Made by a program: the position numbers and the translations under genes
Shown: in pieces, positions 36,139 through 46,243 of the stretch
How the letters are laid out: every line of letters starts with the position of its first letter
Numbering within the stretch: position 1 is the stretch's first letter
Origin: Candidatus Omnitrophota bacterium
GTDB taxonomy: Bacteria > Omnitrophota > Gorgyraeia > JAHJTE01
Direction: 5' to 3'
Assembly: GCA_018830005.1 (NCBI GenBank)
Contig: JAHJTE010000001.1
Location: forward strand, 65,332-129,331
DNA: 64,000 nt
Notes under the pieces: model-generated
What the model saw: only the letters and a program-made list of their open reading frames with translations
What the model was told of the DNA's origin: nothing
Database searches by the model: none

Positions 36139-36591
36139 ATGTTTCCTAGAAGAGGTATAACATTAATAGAATTGGCAATAACTAGTGCGATTATTATTAT
36201 TACTTTTGTTGCCTTTTTATTCGGCATAGTCAGCTGTTTTAAATTAGCCCAGGTCTCAAAGGAGTCATTTTTCGTCTTGTATAGTGCTTCTGCAAAGATG
36301 GAAGAGATTAGAGGGCATAATTTTATTGATGTTTATAATTATTATAACGGACATACTTTCGAAGTTGCTGAATTACCGGCTGGATCAAGCAAGGGCACTG
36401 TTACTATAGACAATTCAAATCCGGATCTTCTAAAGGCATATATCGCAGTATGCTGGAGGAGTTCTGATGGCAGGGTTATTGGTGAGGATGCCAATTTGGA
36501 TGGCATCTTAGATCCAGCAGAAGATACCAATCCCAATAATAATAAGATGGATTCTCCAGTTACCCTTGCTAGCTATGTCACAAGACGCTAA
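36139..36591 (+). CDS. Type IV minor pilin (PilV-like), second cassette
   Basis: RRG|ITLIE; C-terminal GEDANLDGILD...DSP. Confidence 0.85.
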   Translation: MFPRRGITLIELAITSAIIIITFVAFLFGIVSCFKLAQVSKESFFVLYSASAKMEEIRGHNFIDVYNYYNGHTFEVAELPAGSSKGTVTIDNSNPDLLKAYIAVCWRSSDGRVIGEDANLDGILDPAEDTNPNNNKMDSPVTLASYVTRR

Positions 36592-36595
36592 ACCC

Positions 36596-37159
36596 ATGAA
36601 GACAAACAGAGCTATAACCCTTGCTGAGTTTATGATTGCTGCATTTGTCTTTTTAGTTGTTTCTTTAGCCTTAGTTTTGACCTTAAATTACACCCGGCAA
36701 TCAATAGAGGTAGTTATAGTAAGTACAGAGCTCCAGGAAGAGATGTACAATGCCTTAAGCTTGGTAACTGCTGAATTGAGAGAGACTACTAGCACCAAGA
36801 TAAACGATGGTCCTATACTTGCTGATGGTATGTGGTATAATTCCATTACTTTCGCCATACCCTATGATATTGATGCTGATGGTGATATACTAGATTCTTC
36901 GGGTTTAATCGAGTGGTCAGATCAGAATCCAGCAAATTGGACACTCACCTATGCACTTTCAGGAAGCCAGTTAATTAGGACTGCCGGAGACGGCCGTGCT
37001 CCTATTCTGGCTAACCATGTAACATCGTTGCTGTTTAGGCGTTCTGTAGTTGCGCCTTCATTCATAGATGTTTCAATCATTCTTCAGAAAGATACGTTTT
37101 TCAATCGTACGATCGAAATTTCATTAACTAATCAAGTCAAAATGAGGAATGAACCATGA
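36596..37159 (+). CDS. Type IV minor pilin (PilW-like), second cassette
   Basis: NRA|ITLAE; DIDADGD loop; ends VKMRN(EP). Confidence 0.8.
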   Translation: MKTNRAITLAEFMIAAFVFLVVSLALVLTLNYTRQSIEVVIVSTELQEEMYNALSLVTAELRETTSTKINDGPILADGMWYNSITFAIPYDIDADGDILDSSGLIEWSDQNPANWTLTYALSGSQLIRTAGDGRAPILANHVTSLLFRRSVVAPSFIDVSIILQKDTFFNRTIEISLTNQVKMRNEP

Positions 37160-38196
37160 AAAAAGATATTCATTTTTCAAAAGAACGCGGTGGCTTAACA
37201 TTGGTTTTTGTTTATTCAATTTCAGTTGCGCTACTGGTTTTATTTATTGCTTTGAGCAGTAAAATATTTGTTAATAAATCGTTTTCATCACGCAATATAG
37301 AGAGGATGCAGGCGTTGCATATTGCTGAATCAGGCCTAGACTATGCCTTATCAAATTTGAGGGATAATTACAGCTGGGCGCCTTCAGGAAATCTAATTCC
37401 TTTTGAGAATGGAGAATTCCTCATCAGCGTAACAACAGTTGGTTCAAAAAAGCTTGTGGAAAGTACGGGTTTTATACCAGATCAGGCAAATTACAGAGAG
37501 AAAAAAATGCTTGAGGCATGGATGAAGGAGGATATACCAAGTAATTTTTATGATAATGCCATATATTCTTCCGGAGAGGTGGATTTAAATGGAACTGCTT
37601 ATACAATTAACGGAGATGTTGTTTATTACTCAGAGTTAGATAATCCTAGCAATATCACTGGCACGGTTACCCAGGATGATACAGCAAATCCTTTAGCAAT
37701 GTTAGATTTTGAGGACTTGTATAATAAAAGTGCAATCCAGGGGAATGTATACGATGTACAGAGACTAAAGGATGTGAAAGACGGGACGGATTCTTTTCCC
37801 AGCTCCTTTTGGAATACGCCTCCAGTTATTCCTGGGGATCCGACAACAGGAGATCCTAATTTTGTCTATATTGAAGGAGACTTAGTATTAAATGGCAATA
37901 TTGACATAGGAGGCTTTTTTATCGTTGTTGGCGATGTGTTAAATAATCCTTCAGCAGTTTATGATGCTACAATTAATGGAGTAGGCGAGATTGATGGTTG
38001 CGTCTACACTCGGGGAGAATTCAGAATCAATGGCGGCGGCGGAGGATTAAATATTGATGGCGGAGTCTGGTCAGGTACTAAGACAAGGATCAACGGAAAC
38101 GCAACGGTAAACTATAACGCTGATTATATGGTAGCACTCTCAGCAAGTATCCAGGCAGATGCCCAGCTTATATCCTGGAGAGAAATAAATCCCTAA
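37156..38196 (+). CDS. PilX-like minor pilin with C-terminal beta-solenoid-like region
   Basis: RGG|LTLVF without E5, ALHIAESGLD, repeated INGxG/IxG motifs, ends ISWRE. Confidence 0.8.
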   Translation: MKKDIHFSKERGGLTLVFVYSISVALLVLFIALSSKIFVNKSFSSRNIERMQALHIAESGLDYALSNLRDNYSWAPSGNLIPFENGEFLISVTTVGSKKLVESTGFIPDQANYREKKMLEAWMKEDIPSNFYDNAIYSSGEVDLNGTAYTINGDVVYYSELDNPSNITGTVTQDDTANPLAMLDFEDLYNKSAIQGNVYDVQRLKDVKDGTDSFPSSFWNTPPVIPGDPTTGDPNFVYIEGDLVLNGNIDIGGFFIVVGDVLNNPSAVYDATINGVGEIDGCVYTRGEFRINGGGGGLNIDGGVWSGTKTRINGNATVNYNADYMVALSASIQADAQLISWREINP

Positions 38197-38247
38197 ATCT
38201 TTCTTCGGTTAACCCTTCTTATTCAATCCCTAGCTAATATAAAAAAA

Positions 38248-38330
38248 TGCTGGAGGTGGGACTTGAACCCACACGGGTGTGACCCCACCAGTTTTTGAGA
38301 CTGGCGTGTATGCCATTCCACCACTCCAGC
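38248..38330 (-). tRNA. tRNA-Leu(CAA)
   Basis: Reverse complement: GCTGGAG/CTCCAGC acceptor, CCAGT-CTCAAAA-ACTGG, long variable arm, TTCAAGT; CCA not encoded. Confidence 0.95.
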
Positions 38331-38377
38331 AATAATCTTTAATCTATCTAACCTTGTTTTGAAATCTTTCCAAGCTC

Positions 38378-39124
38378 TTATTTCTTTCCCGTATTAAATA
38401 TAGAACTAAGCATATCCAAGGGAATGGGGAATACTATAGTAGAAGATTTTTCGCTAGCTATCTCTACCAGTGTTTGCAGATATCTCAGCTGCATTGCAAG
38501 CGGCTGTTTGGCAACACGTTCCGCCGCCATGGTTAATTTTTCTGCTGCCTGATGTTCGCCGTCTGCAGCTATAATCTTGGCCCTCTTTTCCCTTTCTGCC
38601 TCGGCCTGTCTTGCCATTGCCCTCTGCATCTCCTGAGGTAAATCAACATGTTTAATCTCAACTGTGGAGACCTTAATTCCCCAGGGGTCAGTTGCCTTAT
38701 CAATAATTTCCTGCAGGCGCGAATTTAATTTATCCCTTTCTGATAATAACTCATCAAGACTAGCTTGACCTACTACACTGCGCAGAGTTGTCTGAGACAT
38801 CTGACTTGTAGCAAAATCGTAGTCTTCAACGTCGAGGATTGATTTGTTAGGATCCATAACCTTATAATAGACAACAGCGTTTACTTTTACCGAGACATTG
38901 TCTTTTGTGATAATATCCTGTGGCGGGACATCTAAGGTTACAGTACGCAGGCTAACCCTTATGGCACGATCTATAGGCTTGAAGATGAAGATTAGACCCG
39001 GGCCAGCGGGTTTGGAGACAACCCTGCCTAGCCTGAAGATAACGGCACGTTCATATTCATTTAAAACCTTGATGCAGTTTAACAGGTAAAAAACAATGAT
39101 GGCAACAAAAATTCCGAAGTTCAT
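38378..39124 (-). CDS. SPFH/slipin (stomatin-like) protein
   Basis: [41 protein letters not shown]. Confidence 0.94.
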   Translation of the reverse strand: MNFGIFVAIIVFYLLNCIKVLNEYERAVIFRLGRVVSKPAGPGLIFIFKPIDRAIRVSLRTVTLDVPPQDIITKDNVSVKVNAVVYYKVMDPNKSILDVEDYDFATSQMSQTTLRSVVGQASLDELLSERDKLNSRLQEIIDKATDPWGIKVSTVEIKHVDLPQEMQRAMARQAEAEREKRAKIIAADGEHQAAEKLTMAAERVAKQPLAMQLRYLQTLVEIASEKSSTIVFPIPLDMLSSIFNTGKK

Positions 39125-39145
39125 ATATTACCTCCTTTTAATGAG

Positions 39146-39166
39146 TCCGCCAACTAGTTTGGCGGA
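39146..39166. repeat. Short GC-rich inverted repeat (REP-like hairpin) between nfeD and the slipin gene
   Basis: TCCGCCAA-CTAGT-TTGGCGGA perfect 8-bp stem. Confidence 0.55.
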
Positions 39167-39170
39167 TAGA

Positions 39171-40568
39171 TTAACCTTTTTCTTTTTTCTTCGCTTTAAC
39201 TGTCAGGGTAAGGCCGTCAATTTTTTCAATAATGACCTTTTGGCCTTTGCCTATGGTTGATGTGCTTATGGCATTCCAGATCATGCCGTCAAAGAAAACC
39301 TTGCCTTTTTTTCTTATCTGACTGTAAACAGTTGCCTCTTTCCCGATCATTGTCTCAGGCCCTATAGCCACCTTCTTTCTATGTGCCTTAATTACATTGC
39401 TCATCAGAAATATTATAATAAGGCTGCTGGCCAGAACTATTGGAATAATTACATTTAAAGAAACTCGCAAAAAAGGCAGTTTTGAATTAAATAACATCAA
39501 AGAGCCCAATGTCATTGCCACAAGCCCTCCTAATGTCAGCAGTCCGAATGTCGGGGTCATGGCTTCGGCGATGAAAAGTATTATTGCCAGGATAATTAAG
39601 GCTACCCCGGCATAATTTACTGGAAGCGCTTGAAATGCATAAAAGGCAAGGATTATAGCTATTAGTCCGGCAATGCCAGGAAAACCAATTCCCGGATGCG
39701 TAAATTCAAAAAGTAACCCCAAAAACCCTAGAAGCATGAAGATGTAGGCGATATTAGGGTTTATCAGGGAATTCAAGATTTTTTGCTGTGTGCTCAATTC
39801 GATAAAGTTTATCTGGGAGTTTTCTGTGTCCAATTTAAATTCTTTTGTTTTTGTTTTGATTGTCAGGCCGTGGAGTTTTTTAACTAGCTGGTCTAAATCA
39901 TCGGCGATAAAATCTACAACTTTTAGTCTCTGCGCTTCTTTTTCTGTTGCGGATACGCTTTCGGTAACCGCCTTGATTGACCAGTCTACATTGCGATTCC
40001 TGTTTTTAGCAATAGTAGTAACCCAGGCAATTGTATCATTCATAATCTTATCTGCCATTGCATCAGGGGATTCTGATTGCTTTTTGTCTTTTTTTGAAAA
40101 ATTAAATTTTTCAGCCTCTTTATCTTTCTCATCAAATTTTGGTGCACCAATTCCTAAGGCAACAGGATGGGCTGCTCCAATATTGGTAGAAGGCGCCATA
40201 GCTGCCACGTGACTTGCAAGCGTTATGAATAATCCTGCTGAGGCAGCCCGTCCTCCCGAAGGCGCAACGTATACCACGATTGGTATATCAGCATTCATCA
40301 TTTTTTTAACGATGTCTCTAGTTGCCTCTAAGAGGCCGCCGGGAGTATCCAGCTGTATCAGGAGGCAGATGTCGTTATCTTTTTGTGTTGTCTCAATTGC
40401 CTCTGTAATATAATCCCTGGTTACTGGATTAATAATATAGTTATCTATGGTGACGACGTTGATTTTCCTAGATTGCGAATAGCCTAAAGGCGCACTAAGA
40501 AGTACAAATATACAAGACAGAGCAAATATTAGATACATTCTTTTAGTTTTTCTAATCATTTTTATCAC
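39171..40568 (-). CDS. nfeD: NfeD family membrane serine protease (long form)
   Basis: LDTPGG, RAASAG, IGAAHP, TM region, C-terminal OB domain; paired with SPFH gene. Confidence 0.92.
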   Translation of the reverse strand: MIKMIRKTKRMYLIFALSCIFVLLSAPLGYSQSRKINVVTIDNYIINPVTRDYITEAIETTQKDNDICLLIQLDTPGGLLEATRDIVKKMMNADIPIVVYVAPSGGRAASAGLFITLASHVAAMAPSTNIGAAHPVALGIGAPKFDEKDKEAEKFNFSKKDKKQSESPDAMADKIMNDTIAWVTTIAKNRNRNVDWSIKAVTESVSATEKEAQRLKVVDFIADDLDQLVKKLHGLTIKTKTKEFKLDTENSQINFIELSTQQKILNSLINPNIAYIFMLLGFLGLLFEFTHPGIGFPGIAGLIAIILAFYAFQALPVNYAGVALIILAIILFIAEAMTPTFGLLTLGGLVAMTLGSLMLFNSKLPFLRVSLNVIIPIVLASSLIIIFLMSNVIKAHRKKVAIGPETMIGKEATVYSQIRKKGKVFFDGMIWNAISTSTIGKGQKVIIEKIDGLTLTVKAKKKEKG

Positions 40569-40987
40569 CTTTTAGTTTTTTCAAAGTCTAATTTTATATT
40601 TTTTTGGTTAAAATACCAGAGAATTAAAGAGTGATAGATAATAGATACGAAATTCTTTATATCGGCAGGAATGTTTGTTTCCAAAGCCCCGTTTAGATAT
40701 ATTATCTTTGCAAAGATAAGTATTTTAGTTAAGATGATACTAAAGGCAAAATATCTAAGAAGCCCTACAGCAAGACTCTTTTTGAACAGCAAACCGAACC
40801 CAATAAATAAGGATATAAGACTTGTGATAAGTACGAATGTCAGGATGTTGAGGGGTTTTATTGATGTATGTAAAAGTATTGATGCGATAGTTGAGGAAAG
40901 CGTCAATCCTCCAATTGAGATTTCAATGAGCGCAAAGATTTTAATGCCTTCAATTTTATTTAGTTTCAACGTAATCAGATTAAGCAA
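40565..40987 (-). CDS. Hypothetical membrane protein
   Basis: About 4 hydrophobic segments; overlaps the nfeD start. Confidence 0.6.
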   Translation of the reverse strand: MLNLITLKLNKIEGIKIFALIEISIGGLTLSSTIASILLHTSIKPLNILTFVLITSLISLFIGFGLLFKKSLAVGLLRYFAFSIILTKILIFAKIIYLNGALETNIPADIKNFVSIIYHSLILWYFNQKNIKLDFEKTKR

Positions 40988-41040
40988 CCTAGGGGGTCGC
41001 AGTCAGTGTCAACGCAGGGTATCTTTAAGATACGAATGTA

Positions 41041-41069
41041 TTGACAGGGTTTATTATAAATGTTATATT
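41041..41069 (+). promoter_or_regulatory. sigma70 promoter for tRNA-Ala
   Basis: TTGACA, 17 bp, TATATT with TG extension. Confidence 0.78.
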
Positions 41070-41080
41070 TTTACAGCTGT

Positions 41081-41156
41081 GGGGCTGTAGCGCAGTTGGG
41101 AGCGTATCTCAATGGCATTGAGAGGGTCACGGGTTCGAACCCCGTCAGCTCCACCA
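41081..41156 (+). tRNA. tRNA-Ala(GGC)
   Basis: GGGGCTG/CAGCTCC with G3:U70, loop ATGGCAT, encoded CCA. Confidence 0.96.
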
Positions 41157-41218
41157 TCCTTTTAGGAAACGAACCGCCTCTCTTCGTCTGCCCATAATAA
41201 TCCTTCTAAACTGTAGAA

Positions 41219-41247
41219 ATCATAACACCTGCAGGGGGTTTTGTCAA
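41219..41247 (-). promoter_or_regulatory. Near-consensus sigma70 promoter on the minus strand, antisense to tRNA-Ala
   Basis: TTGACA-AAACCCCCTGCAGGTGT (17 bp)-TATGAT on the minus strand. Confidence 0.65.
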
Positions 41248-41261
41248 TCACTCGCTACAAG

Positions 41262-41290
41262 TTGACTTTTACCTCGATTGTTGATAGAAT
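41262..41290 (+). promoter_or_regulatory. sigma70 promoter for the leuS operon
   Basis: TTGACT, 17 bp, TAGAAT; supports leuS start at 41332. Confidence 0.7.
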
Positions 41291-41331
41291 TTATAAGTTA
41301 CTTAAAAGATACAATAAACAAATCAGAAAAT

Positions 41332-43770
41332 ATGACTTACAATTTTAAAGCAACTGAAGAAAAATGGCAGAAATTCTGGGAGGAGAATCAGGTATTTGAG
41401 GTTATGCCTGACGCCAAGAAGCCCAAATTTTACTGTCTAGAGATGTTTCCCTATCCTTCTGGAAAAATCCATATGGGCCATGTGCGTAATTATACAATCG
41501 CTGATGTCACAGCACGCTATAAATGGATGCGCGGTTACAATGTCTTGCACCCAATCGGATTTGATGCATTTGGTCAGCCTGCGGAAAATGCCGCTATTAA
41601 AAACAGGAGCGATGCAGCAAGCTGGACATATAAATGTATTGATTGGATGCGACAAGAGATGCGGCGCATGGGCTTTTCCTACGACTGGCCGCGAGAGATC
41701 TCAACTTGTGAGCCGGAATATTACCGGTGGAATCAGTGGATATTCTTAAAGATGTATGAGCGTGGTCTGGCATATAAAAAGCCGGCTACGGTGAATTGGT
41801 GCCCAAATTGTGCCACGACTTTGGCTAATGAAGAGGTTGCATCAGGTGTTTGCTGGCGTTGCGATAAGCCTGTTGTACAGAAGGAATTAGAGCAGTGGTT
41901 TTTAAAAATTACAGAATACAGAGATATTTTATTGGAAGATTTAAAGTTGCTTAAAGATTGGCCAAGCCGTGTACTGACCATGCAGGAAAATTGGATCGGC
42001 AGAAGTGAGGGCGTAGAGATTTCCTTTAAAATAGAAGGTTTTCCCCAAACGATTAGTGTATTTACTACAAGGGTTGATACTATATTCGGTGCTACATATA
42101 TTGTGCTTGCCCCCGAGCATGAGATAATATCAAAAATCAAAGATAAGATATCAAATATCAAAGAAGTTGAAAGATATATTAAGAAGTCGCAGCAAAAGAC
42201 TAAGCGCGAACGCATAGATTTGATTAATAAAAAGACCGGAGTAAAAATAAAAGGTGTGGCTGCCACCAACCCTGTGAATAATGAAAAGATACCGATATAT
42301 ATAGCCGATTATGTATTAATGGAGTATGGCACAGGCGCAATTATGGCAGTGCCTTGTCACGATCAGCGTGATTTCCTATTTGCTAAAGAGCACGCATTGC
42401 CGATGCGGATTGTTATTCAAGAGCCGAACAGTAAGGCTCAAACAGTGCAAGATTTGACTGAGGCTTATGAGGCAGATGGTGAACAGGTGAATTCTGGTCA
42501 ATTTGATGGCATGGATAATCAGAAGGCAAAGAAAGAGATTGCATGCTGGATGGAAGCAGAAAAGATAGGAAAAAGAACTGTTCATTATCGTCTGCGTGAT
42601 TGGTTGATATCGCGGCAGCGTTATTGGGGCACGCCTATTCCTATTATCTATTGTTCGGATTGCGGCACTGTTCCTGTAGCTGATAAGGATTTACCTGTTA
42701 GACTGCCGCAAAATCTAAAGGTATCAGGCAAAGAAGGCTCTCCCTTAGCAAAAAGTAAGGAGTTTTTAGATGTTTCCTGTCCGAAGTGTAATAAAAAAGC
42801 TCGTCGTGATACGGATACAATGACTACCTTTATTGATTCTTCTTGGTATTTCTTGCGTTTTTGCTCACCCAAATTCAATGAAGCCCCTTTTAAACAGGAA
42901 GATGTAAAATATTGGATGCCGGTAGATCAATATATTGGTGGCATTGAACATGCTATTTTGCATTTGTTATATTCGCGTTTTTTCACTAAATTTTTAAAGG
43001 ATCTGGGCCTGCTCAATTTTCCAGAGCCGTTTAAACGCTTGCTGACTCAAGGCATGGTACTTAAAGACGGAGAGGTAATGTCTAAGTCTAAAGGCAATGT
43101 CATAGATCCAGATACTGTTATCAATAAATACGGGGCTGACACCTTGCGACTTTTTATACTTTTTGCCGCTCCTCCAGAGACAGAACTTGAATATAATGAA
43201 CGTGCTATAGAAGGCAGTTGGAGATTCCTGCAGCGTGTATGGAGACTCCTGGAGAGGGTGCAAGATGCTGGATGCAAGAGAGAAGAGAAGACTCCAGATC
43301 CTCAATTGCAAAGAAAAACTCATCAGACGATTAAGAAGGTTAGTGAGGATTTAGAGAATTTTAAATTTAATACCGCCATTAGCGCAGTAATGGAGCTAGT
43401 GAATGAGATTTATAAACAGCCGGCAGTCTCGCTAGAGATAAAACAGACAGTTAAGACGGTTGTTTTATTATTGGCTCCTATTATCCCTCATATCTGCGAA
43501 GAGATGTGGCAGATTTTGGGTGGGAAAGCGAGCGTTGCCAAAGCAGCTTGGCCAACCTATAAGCAAGAATTGACAAAGACGAGCAGTATGACAATAATCA
43601 TCCAGGTTAATGGCAAATTGCGCTCTAAGATAGATGTAGATGCTGGGGTCGAGGATGAAAAGATCAAGGAACTTAGCCTAAATGATGAAAAAATAAAGAG
43701 GTTAATCGCAGGTAAAAAAATTAAAAAGATAATTACGGTTAAAGGAAAACTGGTAAATATAGTTATCTAA
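41332..43770 (+). CDS. leuS: Leucine--tRNA ligase
   Basis: MFPYPSG.IHMGH, editing domain FTTR.DT and GTGAIM, VMSKS, QVNGK. Confidence 0.97.
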   Translation: MTYNFKATEEKWQKFWEENQVFEVMPDAKKPKFYCLEMFPYPSGKIHMGHVRNYTIADVTARYKWMRGYNVLHPIGFDAFGQPAENAAIKNRSDAASWTYKCIDWMRQEMRRMGFSYDWPREISTCEPEYYRWNQWIFLKMYERGLAYKKPATVNWCPNCATTLANEEVASGVCWRCDKPVVQKELEQWFLKITEYRDILLEDLKLLKDWPSRVLTMQENWIGRSEGVEISFKIEGFPQTISVFTTRVDTIFGATYIVLAPEHEIISKIKDKISNIKEVERYIKKSQQKTKRERIDLINKKTGVKIKGVAATNPVNNEKIPIYIADYVLMEYGTGAIMAVPCHDQRDFLFAKEHALPMRIVIQEPNSKAQTVQDLTEAYEADGEQVNSGQFDGMDNQKAKKEIACWMEAEKIGKRTVHYRLRDWLISRQRYWGTPIPIIYCSDCGTVPVADKDLPVRLPQNLKVSGKEGSPLAKSKEFLDVSCPKCNKKARRDTDTMTTFIDSSWYFLRFCSPKFNEAPFKQEDVKYWMPVDQYIGGIEHAILHLLYSRFFTKFLKDLGLLNFPEPFKRLLTQGMVLKDGEVMSKSKGNVIDPDTVINKYGADTLRLFILFAAPPETELEYNERAIEGSWRFLQRVWRLLERVQDAGCKREEKTPDPQLQRKTHQTIKKVSEDLENFKFNTAISAVMELVNEIYKQPAVSLEIKQTVKTVVLLLAPIIPHICEEMWQILGGKASVAKAAWPTYKQELTKTSSMTIIIQVNGKLRSKIDVDAGVEDEKIKELSLNDEKIKRLIAGKKIKKIITVKGKLVNIVI

Positions 43771-43781
43771 AAGGAGAATAT

Positions 43782-44615
43782 ATGAGCTATGTAACTTCTA
43801 TGCGTAGTAGCGTAAACAATCTTTTGGCCCAGCAGGGGTTTAAGTTAGCTGTGCTTATTTTCCTTTTTATTCTTATCGCCCTAAGGGTGATAACAATCTT
43901 TTATTATCCTGGAGTTGATATATTTTCTGTAGGCTGGTCGCTGACAGTAGCTTTAGTTTGCATAGGCTATCTCTGGATTGCAGAATTGCGAGATCGAGCA
44001 AGGCTTGAAAGGATTAATCGGGAGTTAATAATCACCAAAGATATTCTAAAAGAGAGCGAACTAGATGCGATTATGGCCTTGATCTTAAGTCAAGAAGCGA
44101 AAGACCCCTATTCTTACGGGCATACGAATCGCGTAACCAAATATTCTGTTTCCTTAGCCAGGGAACTTAGGTTGCCCCTACATACAGTAGATGTAATTGA
44201 GCGCGCTGCCAAATTGCATGATATTGGAAAAATCGGAATAAAGGACAGTATCTTATTTTTTGAAGGCAGATTAAGTGCTAAAGATTACGAGGTTATCAAG
44301 AGTCATCCTGTAAAGAGCGTTACTATTTTGGAGCCGCTAAAATTTATCGACGAGGAAAAGAGAATAATCCTACATCATCATGAAAGATATGATGGCAAAG
44401 GTTATCCAGAGGGTATTAAAATGGATCAGATCCCTTTGGGTTCGCGCATTCTGGCAATTGCTGATTCCTTTGATGCCATGAGTTCTGATAGGGTATACCG
44501 CAAGCGACTTTCCAAGTCCGTTGTTATAAAGGAACTTAAAGAAAATAGCGGTACGCAGTTTGATCCCCATCTTGTTAAGGTATTCTTAACTATAATCAAC
44601 CGATTTTATGCTTAG
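43782..44615 (+). CDS. Membrane-anchored HD-GYP phosphodiesterase
   Basis: Two TM, LHDIGK, HHERYDGKGYP, ADSFDAM..R.YR. Confidence 0.9.
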   Translation: MSYVTSMRSSVNNLLAQQGFKLAVLIFLFILIALRVITIFYYPGVDIFSVGWSLTVALVCIGYLWIAELRDRARLERINRELIITKDILKESELDAIMALILSQEAKDPYSYGHTNRVTKYSVSLARELRLPLHTVDVIERAAKLHDIGKIGIKDSILFFEGRLSAKDYEVIKSHPVKSVTILEPLKFIDEEKRIILHHHERYDGKGYPEGIKMDQIPLGSRILAIADSFDAMSSDRVYRKRLSKSVVIKELKENSGTQFDPHLVKVFLTIINRFYA

Positions 44616-44952
44616 TCTTACACGTCAAGAGAGGCTGCTTCTTGTTTTTTTAGCTATAACGATTCTTTCAGGTGTATGTATAAATTATGCTTTAAAAAAG
44701 CGACCGGCCTTAAGTCGTTTTTATAAATGTTCTGCTATTGATAAAGATAGCAAACATCTAAATATTAACATAAACAATGCCACTAAAGAAGAGCTTACGC
44801 AGCTTCCGGGAGTAGGCGAGAAAACCGCCTCGATTATTATCCGTTATCGAGAAATCCACGGTGATTTTAAAGAAAAGGAAGAACTAAAAAATATAAAAGG
44901 CATGGGCGAGAAGAAATTTAAGAAAATAGAGCAGTATATAAGGATAGAGTAG
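44608..44952 (+). CDS. comEA: ComEA-like helix-hairpin-helix DNA receptor
   Basis: ININNA..EEL..LPGVG...A..II.YR...G.F. Confidence 0.88.
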   Translation: MLSLTRQERLLLVFLAITILSGVCINYALKKRPALSRFYKCSAIDKDSKHLNININNATKEELTQLPGVGEKTASIIIRYREIHGDFKEKEELKNIKGMGEKKFKKIEQYIRIE

Positions 44953-44987
44953 CAAAGAGAGACATTTAAATTGTAGATAAGAATAGC

Positions 44988-46208
44988 ATGAATATATCAA
45001 ACGTCGTTACATTCATAATGGCCGGAGGCAGAGGAAAAAGGCTGCTTCCTCTTACAAGAGACAGGGCTAAGCCCGCAGTCCCTTTCGGAGGAGTTTACCG
45101 TATTATTGATTTTTCTCTATCCAACTGTCTGAATTCCGGACTTAACAGGATACACGTACTGATACAATATAGGTCTATTTCTTTAGATCGGCATATAAGA
45201 CTAGGTTGGAATATTTTTGATCCGCGTGTAGGAAATTATATAGATGCTGTGCCGGCTCAGCATCGCGTAGGCGAGAGTTGGTATAAGGGAACGGCTGATG
45301 CGATATATCAAAATATATATATCATAGATAGCGAAAAACCTGATTACATTCTTATCTTAGCAGGTGATCATATATATAAAATGGACTACCGGAACATGAT
45401 CCGTTTCCACAAAGAAAAAAATTCAGATTTTACCATCGGTGTAGTCAGGATGCCAATAGATAAATCCAGTCAACTTGGAGTATGTGAGGTAAATAGAGGC
45501 GGTCGACTTGTTGGATTTCAAGAAAAACCGCAAAATCCCAAAACCGTTCCGGGTGATAATAAGCGAATCTATGCATCTATGGGTATATATTTTGCCTCTA
45601 GTTCTATGATTAAAAAGATCTTATGCGAGCAATCCGGGAGCCTATCTCATTATGACTTCGGCAGGGATATAATGCCAGCTATCTGTAACAAATATAAAGT
45701 TCTTGTTTATGATTTTAATAAACATGAAAGGTACGGCACTTATTGGCGGGATATTGGAACAATAGACGCCTATTATGAAGCAAATATGGACCTTATCCAG
45801 GTAACACCGACATTTAATCTATATGATCAGGAGTGGCCGATAAGAACGCTTCAAGGCCAATTCCCTCCTGCCAAAACCGTCTATGATGGCTCTTGGGATC
45901 CCTCCCGAAAAGGCACAGCAATACAGTCTCTGTTATCCAACGGGGTGATTGTAAGCGGAGGCAAAGTCGTAAGTTCGGTGCTTTCAGCTAATGTGCGCAT
46001 TAATAGCTTTTCTTTGGTAGAGGATTGCGTTCTCATGGAAGGAGTAGATATAGGCCGTTATGCAAAAATAAGACGTGCCATTATAGATAAGGATGTAAAA
46101 ATCCCACAGCATATGCAAATTGGCTATAATCTCCAGGAAGACAAAAAACGCTTTTTTGTAACTGATAGCGGGATTGTTGTTGTTGCTAAGGGTGAAAAAA
46201 TCACCTAG
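44988..46208 (+). CDS. glgC: Glucose-1-phosphate adenylyltransferase
   Basis: AGGRGKRL.PLT..RAKPAVPFGG, GTADA, YWRDIGT. Confidence 0.95.
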   Translation: MNISNVVTFIMAGGRGKRLLPLTRDRAKPAVPFGGVYRIIDFSLSNCLNSGLNRIHVLIQYRSISLDRHIRLGWNIFDPRVGNYIDAVPAQHRVGESWYKGTADAIYQNIYIIDSEKPDYILILAGDHIYKMDYRNMIRFHKEKNSDFTIGVVRMPIDKSSQLGVCEVNRGGRLVGFQEKPQNPKTVPGDNKRIYASMGIYFASSSMIKKILCEQSGSLSHYDFGRDIMPAICNKYKVLVYDFNKHERYGTYWRDIGTIDAYYEANMDLIQVTPTFNLYDQEWPIRTLQGQFPPAKTVYDGSWDPSRKGTAIQSLLSNGVIVSGGKVVSSVLSANVRINSFSLVEDCVLMEGVDIGRYAKIRRAIIDKDVKIPQHMQIGYNLQEDKKRFFVTDSGIVVVAKGEKIT

Positions 46209-46243
46209 AAGAATATTACCCCCTTCCATTAGATATAAATAAA

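Noticed and set aside
41145-41195. Tandem Trp codons in the antisense sORF as a TrpL-type leader peptide
   Set aside because: TGGTGG is just the complement of the tRNA CCACCA end, and no trp genes follow
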